A stretch of DNA of 64,000 nt from assembly GCA_048593225.1 (NCBI GenBank), contig CM109174.1:125683754-125747753 (forward strand). Reading direction: 5' to 3'. The position numbers and the translations under genes were made by a program. The first letter of the stretch is position 1. The number at the start of each line of letters is the position of its first letter. This document shows positions 61,450 through 64,000 of the stretch, one piece after another. The notes under the pieces were generated by a model that saw nothing but the letters and a program-made list of their open reading frames with translations, had not been told where the DNA came from and did no database searches. Origin of the DNA: Sarcophilus harrisii (lineage: Eukaryota).

Positions 61450-62900
61450 CTCCAGCCAGTAGGGTCTTAGGAAGAGAGGGAGAGAGTACTTGGGGTAACG
61501 ACCCCTTAAAACAGGTTCTTGAGCTCCCTGGATTAAAAGTGTCATATAAACAATAAAACTGGAAAAAAGAGAGTAATCCTCATCAAAGTGCCCGTCCCCT
61601 TAATTGGGGGGGGAAGGTCAGATCCCCTTGGGGGGGAGATGGCCCCGTAAATTGCCTCCAAAGTGGCCAAAAGGGCAGTATGCTCCGGAAGAAGGGATAA
61701 GCAAGCCAGCGAAAGCCGGGTGGTGGTGGCCAGAAGCCCGGGGTTGTGGGGTCAGCCCCCCGACCCCCCTCAGTGGCACACCACTCTCCTCACTGCAAGA
61801 GAACAATCGTTTTTGACCTGGGGAGGCCGCCTCCCCTCATTGTTGAGGGAGCGCGCCGGGCAGTGGGGGCTGGGGGACAGTCACATCCACATCCCCTCCC
61901 AGAAGGCGAGAGGACCAACTGCCACCCCACCCGCTCGGAAGGCTGAGGCGGAGAGAGGCAACGCCCCCTAGGCGGGAGGGGGAAAAAGTCCCCTCAGGTG
62001 GGGAGCAGGAGCTGGTGCAGGAGCCGAGGGGGGGGGCGGGGCCGAGGGGCAGGACCCGGGAAGGGAGCGGGAATGGAGGGTGAGACGACGCGGGAAGCGG
62101 CGCGAGGCGGCGGGCTGGGCGCCCGGTACGCTGCGGCGGTTGGAATCCCCGGGGTGGGTGGGGGGAGGGGGGAGCGCGAGGGAGAAGCCTCTGCCCCCGC
62201 CGCGCGCGCTCCCTCTCTGCGCCTCGGGGAGGGAGGGAGGGAGAGGAGGAGGGGGGCAGCTGCGCGCGCACCGGGCGCGCGGAGGGGGGGGTGGAACGGA
62301 AGGGAGGGAGGGGGGTGTAGGGAGGGAGATGGGGTGGGGGGGAGGAGAAGGCGTGGGGGGGTGGGGGGAGGGGGGTTGTTACCTGGAAGATGAAGCTGCT
62401 CCAGTTGCCTGGATCCATGGCGGAGGGAGGGAGGGAGGCAGCTCGCGCTCACCCCGGGGCGGGAGGAGGAGGTGGGGGGAGGGGGGACCAGAGGGAGGAG
62501 GAGGGCGGGCGGGAGGCGCGCGGGGCGGGAGGGATGGGAGGAGGATGGGGGGGGGGAGCGGAGCACACACTGCGCGCGGGGAGGGCGGGCGAGCGGGCGG
62601 GAGGGGGGCGCGAGGACACACACACGGAGTCGCGGGCAAGCGCGAGCGCGGGCGCGCGAGTCCAGGGGGGAGGGGGAAGAGAGAGGGACACGGGCAGGAG
62701 GGGGAGGGGAGGCGCCCAGCTGCCCCGGCCTCCGTTAGCGCGAGACCCTCAAGACAAGAGCTGATTGGCCTAGGATGGTGCAGGTGGTGGGCACGCGGGG
62801 GATGGGGCGGCTCCCCCCTCCCTCTACCGAGTCCCCCCCTCCCCTCTCCGCCAGCGGCCGTTATTCCGCGCGCACGCGCATAATGTCGCTGCCTTGGCTG
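61450..62900 (-). promoter_or_regulatory. MAZ: CpG island / MAZ promoter and 5'UTR (minus-strand CCAAT box at 62762-62771)
   Basis: Extreme GC content with dense GGGAGGG/GGGGAGGGG motifs. ctgATTGGcc on the plus strand is a CCAAT box read on the minus strand. Lies immediately upstream of the MAZ ATG. Confidence 0.5.
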
Positions 62901-63043
62901 AGCGAGTTGGGGCGCGCGCGCAGCGATGGGAGGGGCGGGGAAAATCCTAGGCACGCGCCTAACGGTCGTCGCCCTCCAGGCCTCACAAAAGTATTTTGCC
63001 GCGTTTCGGCCACCGTCCCTCCCCCCCAGGAGTTTATTTACAA

Positions 63044-63049
63044 TTGTCG
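63044..63049 (-). other. KIF22: Candidate AATAAA polyadenylation signal (minus strand) for KIF22
   Basis: TTTATT on the plus strand about 340 nt downstream (on the minus strand) of the KIF22 stop. Confidence 0.35.
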
Positions 63050-63385
63050 CTCTTCCCCTCCCCCTCTTCTCCCTAAAAGATGGCGGCTGTTGACCCTCCC
63101 TACCTTTCCCTTGGAGAAAAGGAGACGAATGTTAAATTGTGTTGAAAAAATAGATCAACAATTAGCCCCCGCGCTAGTACGGCAATAACACTACCCTTCA
63201 ACATCTCTTCCCCCACCCCCGGTTCCGAGAACAGATGCGCAGATGGCGGACTCCGGGAGACCCCCTCCCCCCAAGAATCAGGCAGAGGCGACTGGACAAA
63301 ACACTCTATTTACAAAACCCTCCCTCCCCCTCCCGTAAAACACGGACAGAATGCAGGGGCTGCTCGGGTCCACAGGCGGCGGCGC

Positions 63386-63445
63386 TCAGGCATCCCTCCG
63401 AGGCAAGGCACTGAAGCACTCGGCAGCGAAGCTTAGGATGTTGGC
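63386..63445 (-). CDS. KIF22: KIF22 terminal exon (includes TGA stop)
   Basis: Encodes [19 protein letters not shown]. Acceptor ctttcccAG. Human KIF22 ends ...FLKANILGLAAGQRCGAS (from memory). Confidence 0.75.
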   Translation of the reverse strand, partial: ANILSFAAECFSALPRRDA

Positions 63446-63522
63446 CTGGGAAAGGAGAGTAAAGGATATTAGAGCCGCAGCCCGGCCCAGCCGCCCCCAC
63501 CCTTGCCCAGCACTCGCAGTAC

Positions 63523-63582
63523 CTTCAGAAAGGTGGCCACCTGCTTCTCGGAGATGCCTTCCACTCGCCCCAGGTCCTCCAC
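63523..63582 (-). CDS. KIF22: KIF22 penultimate exon
   Basis: Encodes [20 protein letters not shown]. Acceptor ccccgcAG and donor GTACTG; 20 codons, phase 0. Confidence 0.75.
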
Positions 63583-63679
63583 CTGCGGGGTAGAGAAGAG
63601 CATCACTCCGCTCCCACAGGCTCGCCTCCCCCTCCTTCTCCTTCTCCTTCTCCTCCTCCCAGGCCGGCCCCCGCCTCAC

Positions 63680-63901
63680 CTCCGCAAAGGGGCCGTGCAG
63701 TTCCCGCCAACCCACGATGAGCTGGGCTTTCTTCTCTCCGATGCGCTGCAGCCTCCGAAGCTCCTTGGCGGAGCCGGTGTTGAGCAGGCCCAGGATCTTC
63801 TTGCGGCTCTCCGCCAGTAGGTCCGGAGGCACCTGCAGCAGCGCCAGGGTGGTGCGGAGCCCCTCGGTCGGCTCCTCCTGCTGCCCGCAGAGCGGCTCAG
63901 G
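63680..63901 (-). CDS. KIF22: KIF22 exon encoding the helix-hairpin-helix DNA-binding region
   Basis: Encodes ...[66 protein letters not shown]; donor GTGAGG. The 5' boundary (acceptor ccggccgtAG at 63902-63903) is tentative. Matches the human KIF22/KID C-terminal HhH region. Anchored to ORF 63386..63832. Confidence 0.6.
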
Positions 63902-64000
63902 CTACGGCCGGACGGAGAGAGGAGGGTATGTGGGGGATCTCCTGGGGCTCCCTGCAGGCTGCAGGTAGGCAGCCAGCACCACGTGGAGGGGCTGGCCAGC

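Noticed and set aside
61837-62954. Cluster of long ORFs (193, 209, 267 and 191 aa) on both strands in the MAZ 5' flank
   Set aside because: G/R/P-rich translations of GGGAGGG-type repeats. All overlap one another in different frames, which is characteristic of stop-free GC-rich DNA rather than coding sequence.

Overview
This window is vertebrate nuclear DNA, not a prokaryotic or viral locus. Genes are spliced (GT..AG introns), there are CpG islands and polyadenylation signals, and the introns are full of retroposons. The L1 3'-end and tRNA/MIR-like SINE families recognised here point to a marsupial genome, probably an opossum-type species; this is recognition of repeat families, not a search result. 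The window carries a compact block of seven genes whose predicted proteins match, from memory, the human 16p11.2 genes: SEZ6L2 (3' end only, + strand), CDIPT (complete, + strand), MVP (14 coding exons, - strand), PAGR1 (- strand), PRRT2 (- strand), MAZ (- strand, including the alternative zinc-finger 3' exon) and the 3' end of KIF22 (- strand). Gene order and relative orientation match the human arrangement read in reverse. Exon boundaries were set from canonical GT/AG sites, phase continuity between exons, and anchoring to the supplied ORF track. That track uses GTG/TTG as well as ATG as start codons, so the leading M of its ORFs was ignored. Long ORFs inside CpG islands are GC-rich low-complexity artefacts and were rejected. 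I found no CRISPR array, operon-like defence system or other non-eukaryotic system. The points worth a second look are structural and comparative: a 226-bp direct repeat pair around the CDIPT promoter and exons 1-2; a candidate non-coding MVP first exon with a TATA box and GTAAGT donor just past the PAGR1 poly(A) signal; a predicted PRRT2 terminal micro-exon; lineage-specific protein tails in MVP, PAGR1, PRRT2 and MAZ; a GGGAGGG motif array in MAZ's own promoter; a ~600-bp purine tract; and a (GT)n(GA)n tract beside a CDIPT splice site.
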